In this document: positions 1 through 8,230 of the stretch, in pieces
How positions within the stretch are numbered: the stretch's first letter is position 1
Layout of the letters: every line of letters begins with the position of its first letter
From: an uncultured Methanosarcinales archaeon
GTDB taxonomy: Archaea; Nanobdellota; Nanobdellia; Woesearchaeales; CAZJJJ01
Direction of reading: 5' to 3'
DNA: 38,909 nt
Assembly: GCA_964616085.1 (NCBI GenBank)
Contig: CAZTTX010000001.1
Location: 1-38,909, forward strand
Notes under the pieces: generated by a model
The model's database searches: none
What the model was told of the DNA's origin: nothing
The model's input: the letters and a program-made list of their open reading frames with translations, nothing else
Program-made: the position numbers and the translations under genes

Positions 1-227
1 ACTTCTGATAACCGAACCTTTCCAGATCCTCTTTGATATCTTCATAAGTCTTGCCTTCGATATCCCTATAGGATTCACCTCAATGTATGTAAGCATGACA
101 AAAGGTTATGAGAAGAGAGAAGACGAACGATTAGCTGTGCTTTTTGCGTTGATCCTGATAAACATTGCACAAAGATAAGCTATTTCACAAAGAATTGTGC
201 AATTTGGGATGAATATTCTGTGAAATG

Positions 228-282
228 GCAAGAAAATAAAGCCCTTGGAGGTGGACATCAAAAGACTTGATGAACCTCCAAG
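228..282 (-). terminator. hairpin plus T-rich tract immediately 3' of tRNA-Thr
   Basis: Plus-strand cttggaggt (244-252) pairs with acctccaag (274-282). An inner pair is catcaa/ttgatg (256-261/267-272). On the minus strand the hairpin is followed by TTTATTTTCTT. Confidence 0.45.
238..251 (-). repeat. 14-nt duplicate of the tRNA-Thr 3' end
   Basis: Plus-strand aaagcccttggagg occurs at 238-251 and again at 286-299. The second copy is the T-stem/acceptor 3' strand of the tRNA. Confidence 0.8.
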
Positions 283-287
283 TCCAA

Positions 288-359
288 AGCCCTTGGAGGG
301 ATTTGAACCCTCGACCTTCTGCTTACGAGGCAGATGCACTACCGCTATGCTACAAGGGC
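288..359 (-). tRNA. tRNA-Thr (anticodon CGU)
   Basis: Cloverleaf folded by hand on the minus strand. Acceptor GCCCTTG/CAAGGGC, D arm GCAT-AGCGGTA-GTGC, anticodon arm TCTGC-CTCGTAA-GCAGA, T arm GAGGG-TTCAAAT-CCCTC, discriminator T. 72 nt, no encoded CCA. Confidence 0.92.
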
Positions 360-360
360 A

Positions 361-525
361 TCATATGCTTTCTATGATCTTGGACTTGTCATTGCCAAGC
401 TTCTCCTGGCAAGAGGAACATACCGGATGCTTCTTCCCTTTCTCGTCCTTGACATAGGTGCCACGGAACTTCTTGAGATAGGTCTCCTCAATCTTCCCCT
501 TGCAGACTGAACACTTCATGAACAT
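361..525 (-). CDS. small zinc-ribbon protein (two CxxC pairs), hypothetical
   Basis: 54-aa ORF below the ORF-track cutoff: MFMKCSVCKGKIEETYLKKFRGTYVKDEKGKKHPVCSSCQEKLGNDKSKIIESI. K/E-rich codon usage matches neighbouring genes. TATA-like tttttattata (rc of 539-549) lies just upstream. The start may instead be the ATG at 519. Confidence 0.4.
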   Translation of the reverse strand: MFMKCSVCKGKIEETYLKKFRGTYVKDEKGKKHPVCSSCQEKLGNDKSKIIESI

Positions 526-597
526 GCAGAACGAGAGCTATAATAAAAAGCTTTTTGCTCAGAAGGTTTTTTTAACAGAGGCAATCACCCAGAAGGC

Positions 598-1644
598 ATG
601 AAAGAGCTCATCCATAGGATATGCGAAGAGATGAGATCCCACCTCGAGAGCAAGGGAGAGAAGCCCTATGCGATAGAAGGCACCTCACACAAGAGCTATG
701 AGCTTGCCGGGGAGAGGATGAAGCAGCTCAGGCTCAACAGCTCAGGGATGGAGCTGGCTTTCATCGACGGAGGGCTATCTGAGATAGTATGCGGGCCTTC
801 CATAGCAATGCACCACCTCAGGCTAGCAAGGGTCTCATACAGAGGCCTCGAGAAGGAGAAGACCCGGGTAAAGGACTGGCTAATGCTATCCAAGACAGTG
901 GAAGAGGATGGGCTATACTATGTCGCAAAACTTTTCCCGCTAGAGAGCAAGGAATCGCCGAAGACATACAGGATCCGCATGGACGACCCATCGCTGAAGG
1001 AAGGGCTGAACACAGGGACTATCACAAGATTCGCGAGCATGGTGCTCAGGTTCTCCGAGCTGAGGTTCGCAGAGGAGACAGCAGCAGACATGGAGAAGAG
1101 GTCTATAATAGTACTTGACGGATCGCTGCAGGCGAGCTATACAGGAGAAGAGGATATCATGGACAACCTGGCAAAAAGATGCCTTGAAAAAGAGGTCCTC
1201 CTGATGGGCATGGCCAAGACCTCCAGCATGCTCACAGACAGCGGACAGGACATGGCGTTCTCATTGAGAAGTATCGAAAAAAATAGAGCAATGCATGACA
1301 AGATGTGGTACTATGGACCCGTCATCAGCTATGATGACCCATCATACAAGGCAGACATATTCTTCGTCAAGCTCCACAAGTCCGCAAGACGCCTCTTCAG
1401 GGTAGAGATCTCTAATGCGTTCGAGATGGTCGACATCGGTAAGGTGCTTGGTGACCTTGCCACCATCTCCGCAGACCCTGTCTTCTTGGGATATCCCTAT
1501 GGTCTCATCAAGGCAGACTCGCTCGCCAGATCGACAAACAATGAGAGGATGCAGCTCAGGACAAGGCTTTCCGGCCGCATAGACATAGAGAGCATCGAAG
1601 CTGCCAAAGATTCGCATGGCGTGTTAGATAACATTAGATTCTAG
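598..1644 (+). CDS. NurA-domain 5'-3' nuclease-like protein
   Basis: 348-aa ORF with ATG start. NurA-like landmarks seen by eye: AFIDGG, IIVLDGSL, and C-terminal GYPYGLIKADSLAR (the family usually has GYPYxLxxAHxxA). Confidence 0.55.
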   Translation: MKELIHRICEEMRSHLESKGEKPYAIEGTSHKSYELAGERMKQLRLNSSGMELAFIDGGLSEIVCGPSIAMHHLRLARVSYRGLEKEKTRVKDWLMLSKTVEEDGLYYVAKLFPLESKESPKTYRIRMDDPSLKEGLNTGTITRFASMVLRFSELRFAEETAADMEKRSIIVLDGSLQASYTGEEDIMDNLAKRCLEKEVLLMGMAKTSSMLTDSGQDMAFSLRSIEKNRAMHDKMWYYGPVISYDDPSYKADIFFVKLHKSARRLFRVEISNAFEMVDIGKVLGDLATISADPVFLGYPYGLIKADSLARSTNNERMQLRTRLSGRIDIESIEAAKDSHGVLDNIRF

Positions 1645-1686
1645 AGTAAAGAAACTTTTTTATAGACCTTGCTGTTCTCCGAATTC

Positions 1687-2118
1687 ATGAAGTTCAGGAA
1701 GGCCAACCAAAGGGATGTTGAGGCGCTCCAAGCTTTCTCTGCGTCCACTGTCGAATCCAAGACAGTCTTCGGCCACAGCCTGGGCAGAGAGTTCTTCAGG
1801 TCTATAATAAGGACTGGACTTGTGTATGTGGCGCTCTCCGACAAGAAAGAAGTCATAGGGTTCCTCTTGGCAGAAGCGGACGCACGTATCCAATTCTCAA
1901 ACATAATCCATATGTCGATGCATCCTGAGTTCGAGAAGGAGAAACTCGTCCAAGGTCTTGTTGAGAAACATTACGAAGAGTGCCAGAAGATGAACATCTC
2001 TGACATCGCACTACACACCAGCGAGCTTGGCGAGGAGAACATCGAGCTCCTGAGCAACCTAGGCTTCTCTCCAGAGAAGAAGTTCATGATGCTGACACGT
2101 CAGGTCGAAGGTTTCTGA
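1687..2118 (+). CDS. GNAT-family N-acetyltransferase
   Basis: The track ORF begins at a TTG (1669). The ATG at 1687 sits ~25 nt after the TATA-like ttttatag (1658-1665). GNAT-like layout: VIGFLLAE..., MHPEFEKEKLVQGLV, LGF. Confidence 0.6.
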   Translation: MKFRKANQRDVEALQAFSASTVESKTVFGHSLGREFFRSIIRTGLVYVALSDKKEVIGFLLAEADARIQFSNIIHMSMHPEFEKEKLVQGLVEKHYEECQKMNISDIALHTSELGEENIELLSNLGFSPEKKFMMLTRQVEGF

Positions 2119-2123
2119 GTATC

Positions 2124-2329
2124 GGGTCTGTCCCAAAAGGTAGATATATGTATACTGGCCGTAGCAGTCGGCTGGTGCGGGATTATCTAATCCCGCTTGA
2201 CTGCTGACTGGCTGGGGTTGTCCCACAAGAAAATGAAACATTTTCTGTGCACATTTAAGCTCTGCTTAAATTGTGCTGCGGGTAAGCCAGTAGGTCAGTA
2301 TACAAAAAAGCTCCATTCGGGACAGACCC
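2124..2329. other. ~206-nt multi-hairpin element closed by long terminal stems (unknown structured RNA or MITE-like element)
   Basis: Outer stem gggtctgtccc (2124-2134) / gggacagaccc (2319-2329). Second stem tgtatactggcc (2149-2160) / ggtcagtataca (2293-2304). Internal hairpins at 2164-2204, 2224-2249 and 2250-2275, plus pairing 2207-2213 / 2285-2291. Confidence 0.4.
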
Positions 2330-2373
2330 CAAGCATCAAAATATTTATATATCAATCACGTTTCTTGCACAAT

Positions 2374-2556
2374 ATGAGAGAACTCAACATGAAGCTTCCT
2401 AAGCTTGCACGAGAGAACATAAGGGATATGGACACTGATCTGCTCAAGGATGTCAAGCCAGGCATACTATTAGATCATGCCACAGAGATGGCTGACCATC
2501 TCAGATATTCCGGCCTTGACAAGAGACTGAGCATAAGAAGGGAATTCAAGAAGTAA
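2374..2556 (+). CDS. hypothetical small basic/acidic protein (60 aa)
   Basis: The ATG at 2374 lies ~25-30 nt downstream of TATA-like atttatatat (2343-2352). The longer track ORF from 2197 starts at TTG and runs through the structured element. Confidence 0.5.
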   Translation: MRELNMKLPKLARENIRDMDTDLLKDVKPGILLDHATEMADHLRYSGLDKRLSIRREFKK

Positions 2557-2594
2557 GTGAATAGATTTTTATATCAACCCGATTTCTACATGAC

Positions 2595-3170
2595 ATGAAA
2601 AATGTCACGCCCAAAGGGTTCTCATTCTCTAATGCAGAGCTCAAGGATCTTGCAAAAGCATGGGTAGCACTAGGGATAGCGTTCACCGTAGCATTCCGCA
2701 TGAATGTGATTATCTCGGTGCTGGTAGTGGGTGCTGCATTTCTAATGCATGAGCTCGCGCATAAGTACATGGCCATCAAGTACAGGTGCAGCGCAGAGTT
2801 CAAGGCCAACGACTCCATGCTCATCATGATGATCTTCATATCACTGCTTGGAGTAATCCTTGCAGCACCGGGCGCGGTCCATATCAGAGGACACATGTCA
2901 AGAAGAGAGTACGGACTTATCTCATTGGCAGGTCCTGCAACAAACCTGACCCTAGCAGCAATCTCCATACCTATTGCCATCATGGCCAGCGGGACATTCC
3001 TCGGAGCATTAGGCGGATATTCTGCCTTCATAAATGCATGGATTGGCATGTTCAACATGATTCCCTTCGGAATGTTCGATGGGAGAAAAATATTGATGTG
3101 GAACCGAGAGGTCTACTATGCCACGCTCGTCCTAGCCTTCATCATGGTGGGAGTCTCTCAATTCGTATAG
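2595..3170 (+). CDS. M50-family (site-2 protease-like) membrane zinc metalloprotease
   Basis: HELAH zinc motif within a TM helix, several TM segments, and NMIPFGMFDGRKIL (the NxxPxxxxDG motif of peptidase M50). Confidence 0.8.
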   Translation: MKNVTPKGFSFSNAELKDLAKAWVALGIAFTVAFRMNVIISVLVVGAAFLMHELAHKYMAIKYRCSAEFKANDSMLIMMIFISLLGVILAAPGAVHIRGHMSRREYGLISLAGPATNLTLAAISIPIAIMASGTFLGALGGYSAFINAWIGMFNMIPFGMFDGRKILMWNREVYYATLVLAFIMVGVSQFV

Positions 3171-3379
3171 TTCTTAAGTGATGCTCCAAGAGAAGACAGC
3201 ACATTCAAACTTTCATCACCTCTTATCCTATTGCTCTGTGTTCCCGTAGGGAGCAACCCCTCACAACGAGCATTCAAGTCTCATCTCATGAAGTTTGACC
3301 TCATTGTGCTGCCACAGATGCTGACCTATCACTCTTCCCTGGACGAAAGATTTAAAATAGGCGCATCATCCTTCAGCCC

Positions 3380-3616
3380 ATGGCATTCGACAAGAGTCTA
3401 GACAAGGAATTATTCTCGGAAGAGATAGAGTTTGAACTGACAAAGGTAATAGTTAGCGTGTTCTCATACAATGAAAGCACACCAAAGCTGCAGATAAGCA
3501 GGAAGAACCGGAACCCTGATACGGGTGAATGGATGTTCTCCAAGCTTGGAAGGATGCATAAGGACGAAGCAGCAAAGCTACCTGAGCTGATCGCAAAAGC
3601 CCTCGAGCATATGTGA
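3380..3616 (+). CDS. small PC4/YdbC-like nucleic-acid-binding protein (tentative)
   Basis: 78 aa. The pattern VIVSVFSYNESTPKLQISRKNRNPDTGEWMFSKLGRM resembles PC4-like ssDNA-binding folds. TATA tttaaaata lies at 3351-3359. Confidence 0.4.
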   Translation: MAFDKSLDKELFSEEIEFELTKVIVSVFSYNESTPKLQISRKNRNPDTGEWMFSKLGRMHKDEAAKLPELIAKALEHM

Positions 3617-3659
3617 TCATAGCGTCAATTATAAAAGACAGGTCAGCATACCCAAGAAC

Positions 3660-4490
3660 ATGATACCGCAGGATTTCGATGCGCTCACAAAGAAGATTGA
3701 AGAGTGCTTCTTGGAAGAACCAGGGCCTGGCATCCTGCCTGAGTCACGGGATAACGATGATGCCATAGCTGGCATCTTGGCACCATACGGTGATTATAGC
3801 AAGGCAGGCTTCTCTATGTCCTGGGCCTATAAGACAATAGCCGAGACCAGGTTCAAGGATACATTCATCATCATAGGCTGCAGGAAAGGCAATAGCACCC
3901 TCATCGACAGAGATATAGAGACGCCATTAGGAGTAGTCAGAACAGACCAAGACATGGTAATGGCCCTCAAGAGGCTCACAGGTATCGCATCTAAAGGGAA
4001 TGAAGAGATCGACACTTCTATAACACTCCAGCTTCCTTTTCTGCAATACGCCTCAAGGGATAGGTTGTCTAACCTGAAAGTGGTCTGCCTTGAGATAGGC
4101 GACAATATAGCAGAAGAGCAGCTCCAGGTCCTGGCGGAAGCCATGAGAATGATCCTGAAGGAGCAGAAGAAGGATTGCTCAGTGATATGCAGCACCAACC
4201 TCACAGAGTACGGAGAAGGGTTCGGCTATAAGCCATTCATATACAATGTGAAAGAGAGCATAGAGAACATAGATTACCACATCATAGACTCGATAGGCAA
4301 GAAGGACCATAAGGACATAATACGATTTGTAGAGAAAGAGAAAGCCAATGTACGCGGATATAAGTCGATAGCTCTCCTCATGATGCTACTCAAGGACTAT
4401 GACAGTAAGCTCCTCCAGTACTATCGCTCTGATCTCATGGACAAGGAGAACAAGGACACTACGAGTTATCTCTCCATGTACTTCTTATAG
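3660..4490 (+). CDS. Memo/AmmeMemoRadiSam system protein B-like protein, divergent
   Basis: AGILAPYGDYSKAGFSMSWAY matches the family block PHAGYxYSG. Other matches: ETPLGVVRTDQDM, ITLQLPFLQY, KVVCLEIG, VICSTNLTEYG. Confidence 0.6.
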   Translation: MIPQDFDALTKKIEECFLEEPGPGILPESRDNDDAIAGILAPYGDYSKAGFSMSWAYKTIAETRFKDTFIIIGCRKGNSTLIDRDIETPLGVVRTDQDMVMALKRLTGIASKGNEEIDTSITLQLPFLQYASRDRLSNLKVVCLEIGDNIAEEQLQVLAEAMRMILKEQKKDCSVICSTNLTEYGEGFGYKPFIYNVKESIENIDYHIIDSIGKKDHKDIIRFVEKEKANVRGYKSIALLMMLLKDYDSKLLQYYRSDLMDKENKDTTSYLSMYFL

Positions 4491-4557
4491 CAATAAAAAC
4501 CTTTAAATAAACTTCAAAGATTCTTACACTACTTTACAGTAACGAGAGGTAGATATC

Positions 4558-5736
4558 ATGGTCAAACAGAATCTTGCAGAACTTAATAGGTCATTGAAAC
4601 AGGCATTCTCTGATGTTGCCAGAGACATGAACAAGCTCAGGGATAGGGATGAGAGACTCAGGGAAGAGATTGCCAGGTTGGCGAAAGAGCTAAGCGGTAA
4701 AGCATCCCACAAGGACATCGAGAAACTAGCAAAGAGAATAGAAGAGTCCACAGAAAGCCTCGCCACAAAGAATGAGTTGAAGCAGGCAGAGACAGAGATC
4801 AAGGCAATAATCGATAAGGCCACCAGCATACCTGACAGCAGGGCCAAGAAGATTGAGGATTCTGTAAAGAGCATGGATGAGGATCTCAATCAGATGGAGT
4901 CTGATATGGAGTCAAGGCTCAAAGACCTCAAGGACGAGCTCTCCAGGATGGACGAGCTGAAGAAGGATCTCAAGGAGCTTGAGACTGTCAAGAAGAGTCT
5001 TGAGGACATGAGCAAGCGATTTGCCGATGTCAAGGCAGTAGATAACAATCAGCAGGACATCGAAGAGATCTATCAGATCCTGGATGCCATGGAATCTTCT
5101 TTCATCAACAAGGACGATCTTGAGAGAATCCAGAAGGACCTTCAGAAGAAGCTGAAGAGATTCGAAGAGAAGATAAGAGACACTGAAGATACTGAAGAAG
5201 AGCTCGCAAGGAAGACAAAGGATATCTATGACATAGAGAGGAATGCCGACAATATGAAGAAAGAGCTCTCTTTGATCAAGACCAGCATGAAAGGTCTTGA
5301 TAACACAGATGATATAGAAAAGACGAAGAAGAACATCCTCAAAGAGATAAATAGGATTGATAGCAGGATGGACCGTCAGACTGACTCCATACGCAGGGTC
5401 AACAACAAGATAAATAGTCTCATCAAGGCAATAGAGAAGAGCTCAAAATTCCCGGGTATGAAATCCACTTCACTCGAGAAGATAAAGCGTGAGCCAATAG
5501 ACAAGACCCAGAAGGTTGCAGATTCACCTGAGGAGAGCACTCCTTCGTTGTGGACAAGGATAGTAGACTGGTTCACAGAGGAAGTCGAAGAAGAGGAAGC
5601 TCCAAAGGCTCAGGAAAAAGCACCAAAGAAGAAAGAGTCAGAAGCTGCCAAGAAAGAAGAGAAGCCTCAAGAGAAAAAATCCTTCTGGAAGAGAGCCATC
5701 GACTGGCTGACAGAAGAGATTGACGAAGAGGAGTGA
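4558..5736 (+). CDS. K/E/D-rich coiled-coil protein with duplicated C-terminal W-x2-[IA]-[VI]-D-W-x-T-E-E motif
   Basis: 392 aa, heptad-like charged sequence throughout. Terminal motifs are LWTRIVDWFTEEVEEEE (5548-5598) and FWKRAIDWLTEEIDEEE (5683-5733). Confidence 0.7.
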   Translation: MVKQNLAELNRSLKQAFSDVARDMNKLRDRDERLREEIARLAKELSGKASHKDIEKLAKRIEESTESLATKNELKQAETEIKAIIDKATSIPDSRAKKIEDSVKSMDEDLNQMESDMESRLKDLKDELSRMDELKKDLKELETVKKSLEDMSKRFADVKAVDNNQQDIEEIYQILDAMESSFINKDDLERIQKDLQKKLKRFEEKIRDTEDTEEELARKTKDIYDIERNADNMKKELSLIKTSMKGLDNTDDIEKTKKNILKEINRIDSRMDRQTDSIRRVNNKINSLIKAIEKSSKFPGMKSTSLEKIKREPIDKTQKVADSPEESTPSLWTRIVDWFTEEVEEEEAPKAQEKAPKKKESEAAKKEEKPQEKKSFWKRAIDWLTEEIDEEE

Positions 5737-5739
5737 TTC

Positions 5740-7374
5740 TCATACTTTGCCTTGGAGGACCTTCTTTTTGTATGTCCTTATGAAGATGAATGGGAATACG
5801 ATGAGCAGTGCCATTCCTATGATCTCGATGATACTCATAGAAGGCGCCATTATCGTGTGTGAGATGCGTGAATCCATGATTACAGTGCTGAGCACCTTGG
5901 AATCATCTATACCCATGAGCTGAGGCACCCTGCTTATGCCTCTTCCATATTCTGTCCTGTATGAGACCTCCCATTCCTCATTTTTTGCTAGTCTAGGAAG
6001 TTCCCATTCGCCCCTTCCGATATGCTCTTGGGTAATATCGGAGAATGGAGCGTCTTCTATGATATAATCCTTGAGGACCAAGCCCGAGACATCAGCCTCG
6101 CCGATATTCCTCACCGATATCCGTATCTCTGTCCTATCACCACCCAGTCTTATTATGTTCTTCTGCAGATACATCATCTTCTGAGGTATGAAACGTCTTA
6201 TATACGGAGCACGAGTAGAGCTCACTCGCCCTTCGTCGAAGATGGCTTCAGCCTCAGGGAAATAACTCAAGCCTAAAGATTCCTCGTCGACGAAACGCAC
6301 AGAATATCTTATGATCCTAGAACTATCCCTATTCACTTCTACCTGCCATTCCATGTCTTCTGAGTCAGGTGAGCTGACCAGAGAGCTCTCTGTATGTATC
6401 TCCTCGAGCTCAAAACCCTCAGGCACCTTGTCCCTTACATTTATGGTCTTCGGCACAACATCTAGGTTTGTCACGAAGATGGAGACATTGATCACATCGC
6501 CAGGATATACCGTAGAAGGCTCGATCAGCTTCCTCAAGAAAACTAGCGTTCTCTCTCGGAACTCCTTATCCACCTCTGCATAATCAGGATCCTCAGGATC
6601 AGGTGCTGGCACATCCTCAAGCTCGCTCTCATCATAGACATTCAAATCATTATCCTCGGTGATGTCTGCAAGGACACGGGCCAGCTTGTGGTCCACAATG
6701 AGCCAATATACAGAATCTTCGCGCATGCTCTCACTCTGGTCCCTAAAATTACGCGACCATGTGTCTCCGCCATGTATCCTCACATTATCGTCAAATGTCC
6801 ATATCTTATCAGGATTGTTGACGTCTGCATCATCAGTCCTGTGTACCTTGATACTACGGACCTCATAATCCAGCGGTCTTGGATTAGTTATCCCTATGCG
6901 CAAGTTCCTGCTCCTCAGGTCACCCGCCTCGACAATCTCAGATTTCTGTAGGTTTATCCATAGGTCAGAACGGTAACGCAACATATCATCATCCATCAGG
7001 TGCCGCAATACAGATTCCCCATCAGATTCGTAATATCTGACAACGTTCTCAGGAGTCACGCCATATATCCTATATCTGATAGTCTGCGAAGCCCCTTGGT
7101 CCAGATAAGGTATCCGGACACCATCATTGAAGAGAAACCCCGTATCACTTAGTTCAGAGATTGCCAATGTCCCTGGAGTGATATGCAGCTTGATAGTATT
7201 GATTGAGAAATCTTCTGTATTGGTGATAGTTATTTCACCCTCAACATCCACAACATAGTACATGTCGTAATAGTTCAATACTTCTCCTTCTTCCTCTATA
7301 TGTATAGAAGCACCATATACACCTGATAAGAGCAGGAGCGACAATGGTAAAAGGAGAGCAAGGAGTCTTCGCAT
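5740..7374 (-). CDS. secreted, C-terminally membrane-anchored protein with CARDB/DUF11-like beta-sandwich motifs
   Basis: Signal peptide MRRLLALLLPLSLLLLSGVYGAS. Motifs VYPGDVINVSIFVTNLDVVPKTINVRDKVPEGFEL and EIRISVRNIGEADVSGLVLKDY. C-terminal TM followed by KKK tail. Confidence 0.75.
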   Translation of the reverse strand: MRRLLALLLPLSLLLLSGVYGASIHIEEEGEVLNYYDMYYVVDVEGEITITNTEDFSINTIKLHITPGTLAISELSDTGFLFNDGVRIPYLDQGASQTIRYRIYGVTPENVVRYYESDGESVLRHLMDDDMLRYRSDLWINLQKSEIVEAGDLRSRNLRIGITNPRPLDYEVRSIKVHRTDDADVNNPDKIWTFDDNVRIHGGDTWSRNFRDQSESMREDSVYWLIVDHKLARVLADITEDNDLNVYDESELEDVPAPDPEDPDYAEVDKEFRERTLVFLRKLIEPSTVYPGDVINVSIFVTNLDVVPKTINVRDKVPEGFELEEIHTESSLVSSPDSEDMEWQVEVNRDSSRIIRYSVRFVDEESLGLSYFPEAEAIFDEGRVSSTRAPYIRRFIPQKMMYLQKNIIRLGGDRTEIRISVRNIGEADVSGLVLKDYIIEDAPFSDITQEHIGRGEWELPRLAKNEEWEVSYRTEYGRGISRVPQLMGIDDSKVLSTVIMDSRISHTIMAPSMSIIEIIGMALLIVFPFIFIRTYKKKVLQGKV

Positions 7375-7427
7375 AGGTAATCATCATCTATCAAGATTAA
7401 TAAATATTTTTATTGAAGAGACAAGAA

Positions 7428-8150
7428 TTATCTCTTCTTTGATTTTTTCCTGTCAGGGCGTCTCGAATTGAGATATATGAATGTCACGCCAAGCACCATA
7501 AGCACAGACAGCCAGAAGACGCTCACCATCCTGAATGGCATCTGTGGCATCGGCAACCTGGTGTACTCAAGCAAGAGCTCACTATCGCCATCCCATTCTA
7601 TAGTGCGGCGCATACCATCCTGCTCAATCTGAGTATCAGGAGCAAAGGTGACCCTATAACGATTAGGCATCACCAATCTTGTCACACTATCTCTTATGGG
7701 GATTGTCGTCTCTTCTATAGGGAAGAGCATCTCGTGGAACAGGATTCCTGTTGGATTGAACTCAAGCTCATAGCTTATCGAGATCGGATAATCGAAGCCC
7801 GGCAAGATAGGATTGAAGACATGAACGATAAGATCTGAGTAATCACTGTATTTCTCCACACGTGCATCCAGTTCACGAGAATTGTCGCGTGCGTATATCT
7901 CATCGATGTCAGAAGGCACTGTTGTACTGCCTCTCACCTCATACATCCTGAATCGGACCTCGCCTGGCACTATCGGATTGTTGCCTATATTACGCATCAC
8001 AAGATCCTTTTCTACCCTGAGCACATCGCCTTCCAGATAGTATGTCTTGTCGTATTCCTGGAAAGCTACAACATCGAATGCCTCGACCATGGCCGGCATG
8101 AACAGAAGTGCAAGAGATACTGCAAGCAGACACTTCATAATGATTCTCAT
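7428..8150 (-). CDS. secreted membrane-anchored protein, ~245-aa island family (copy 1)
   Basis: The track start at 8177 is GTG; the ATG at 8150 gives MRIIMKCLLAVSLALLFMPAMVEA. C-terminus LEYTRLPMPQMPF + TM + RRPDRKKSKKR, paralogous to 11376-12113. Confidence 0.7.
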   Translation of the reverse strand: MRIIMKCLLAVSLALLFMPAMVEAFDVVAFQEYDKTYYLEGDVLRVEKDLVMRNIGNNPIVPGEVRFRMYEVRGSTTVPSDIDEIYARDNSRELDARVEKYSDYSDLIVHVFNPILPGFDYPISISYELEFNPTGILFHEMLFPIEETTIPIRDSVTRLVMPNRYRVTFAPDTQIEQDGMRRTIEWDGDSELLLEYTRLPMPQMPFRMVSVFWLSVLMVLGVTFIYLNSRRPDRKKSKKR

Positions 8151-8230
8151 GGATATTTCCCTCACATAAGGTGCCACTCAAACACCTACAATCAAATCAA
8201 TAAAATGTAAAAATAAAACAAATATAAAAA

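Noticed and set aside
1-100. Possible 5' end of a minus-strand gene running off the window
   Set aside because: The frame with an ATG gives a basic peptide unlike the rest of the proteome. The more plausible acidic frame has an upstream stop and no start. There is too little sequence to call.
83-178. 31-aa plus-strand ORF MYVSMTKGYEKREDERLAVLFALILINIAQR with one hydrophobic helix
   Set aside because: It is too short and has no supporting promoter or conservation evidence. It overlaps a 9-bp inverted repeat (attgcacaa/ttgtgcaat) that may be the real feature.
106-457. ORFs 106-339 (-) and 245-457 (+)
   Set aside because: Both overlap tRNA-Thr and its downstream hairpin. The translations are low-complexity and unlike the acidic proteome.
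2124-2329. Identification of the structured element as SRP RNA, RNase P RNA, tRNA or a box C/D sRNA
   Set aside because: I could not find the helix-8 GNAR/AGCA-type SRP motifs, the GAAAGUCC-like CR-I of RNase P, a GTTCRANYC T-loop, or properly spaced RUGAUGA/CUGA boxes. Its identity is left open.
2197-2373. N-terminal part of the 119-aa track ORF
   Set aside because: It starts at TTG and reads through the hairpin-rich element. A TATA box ~25-30 nt before the ATG at 2374 supports the short form.
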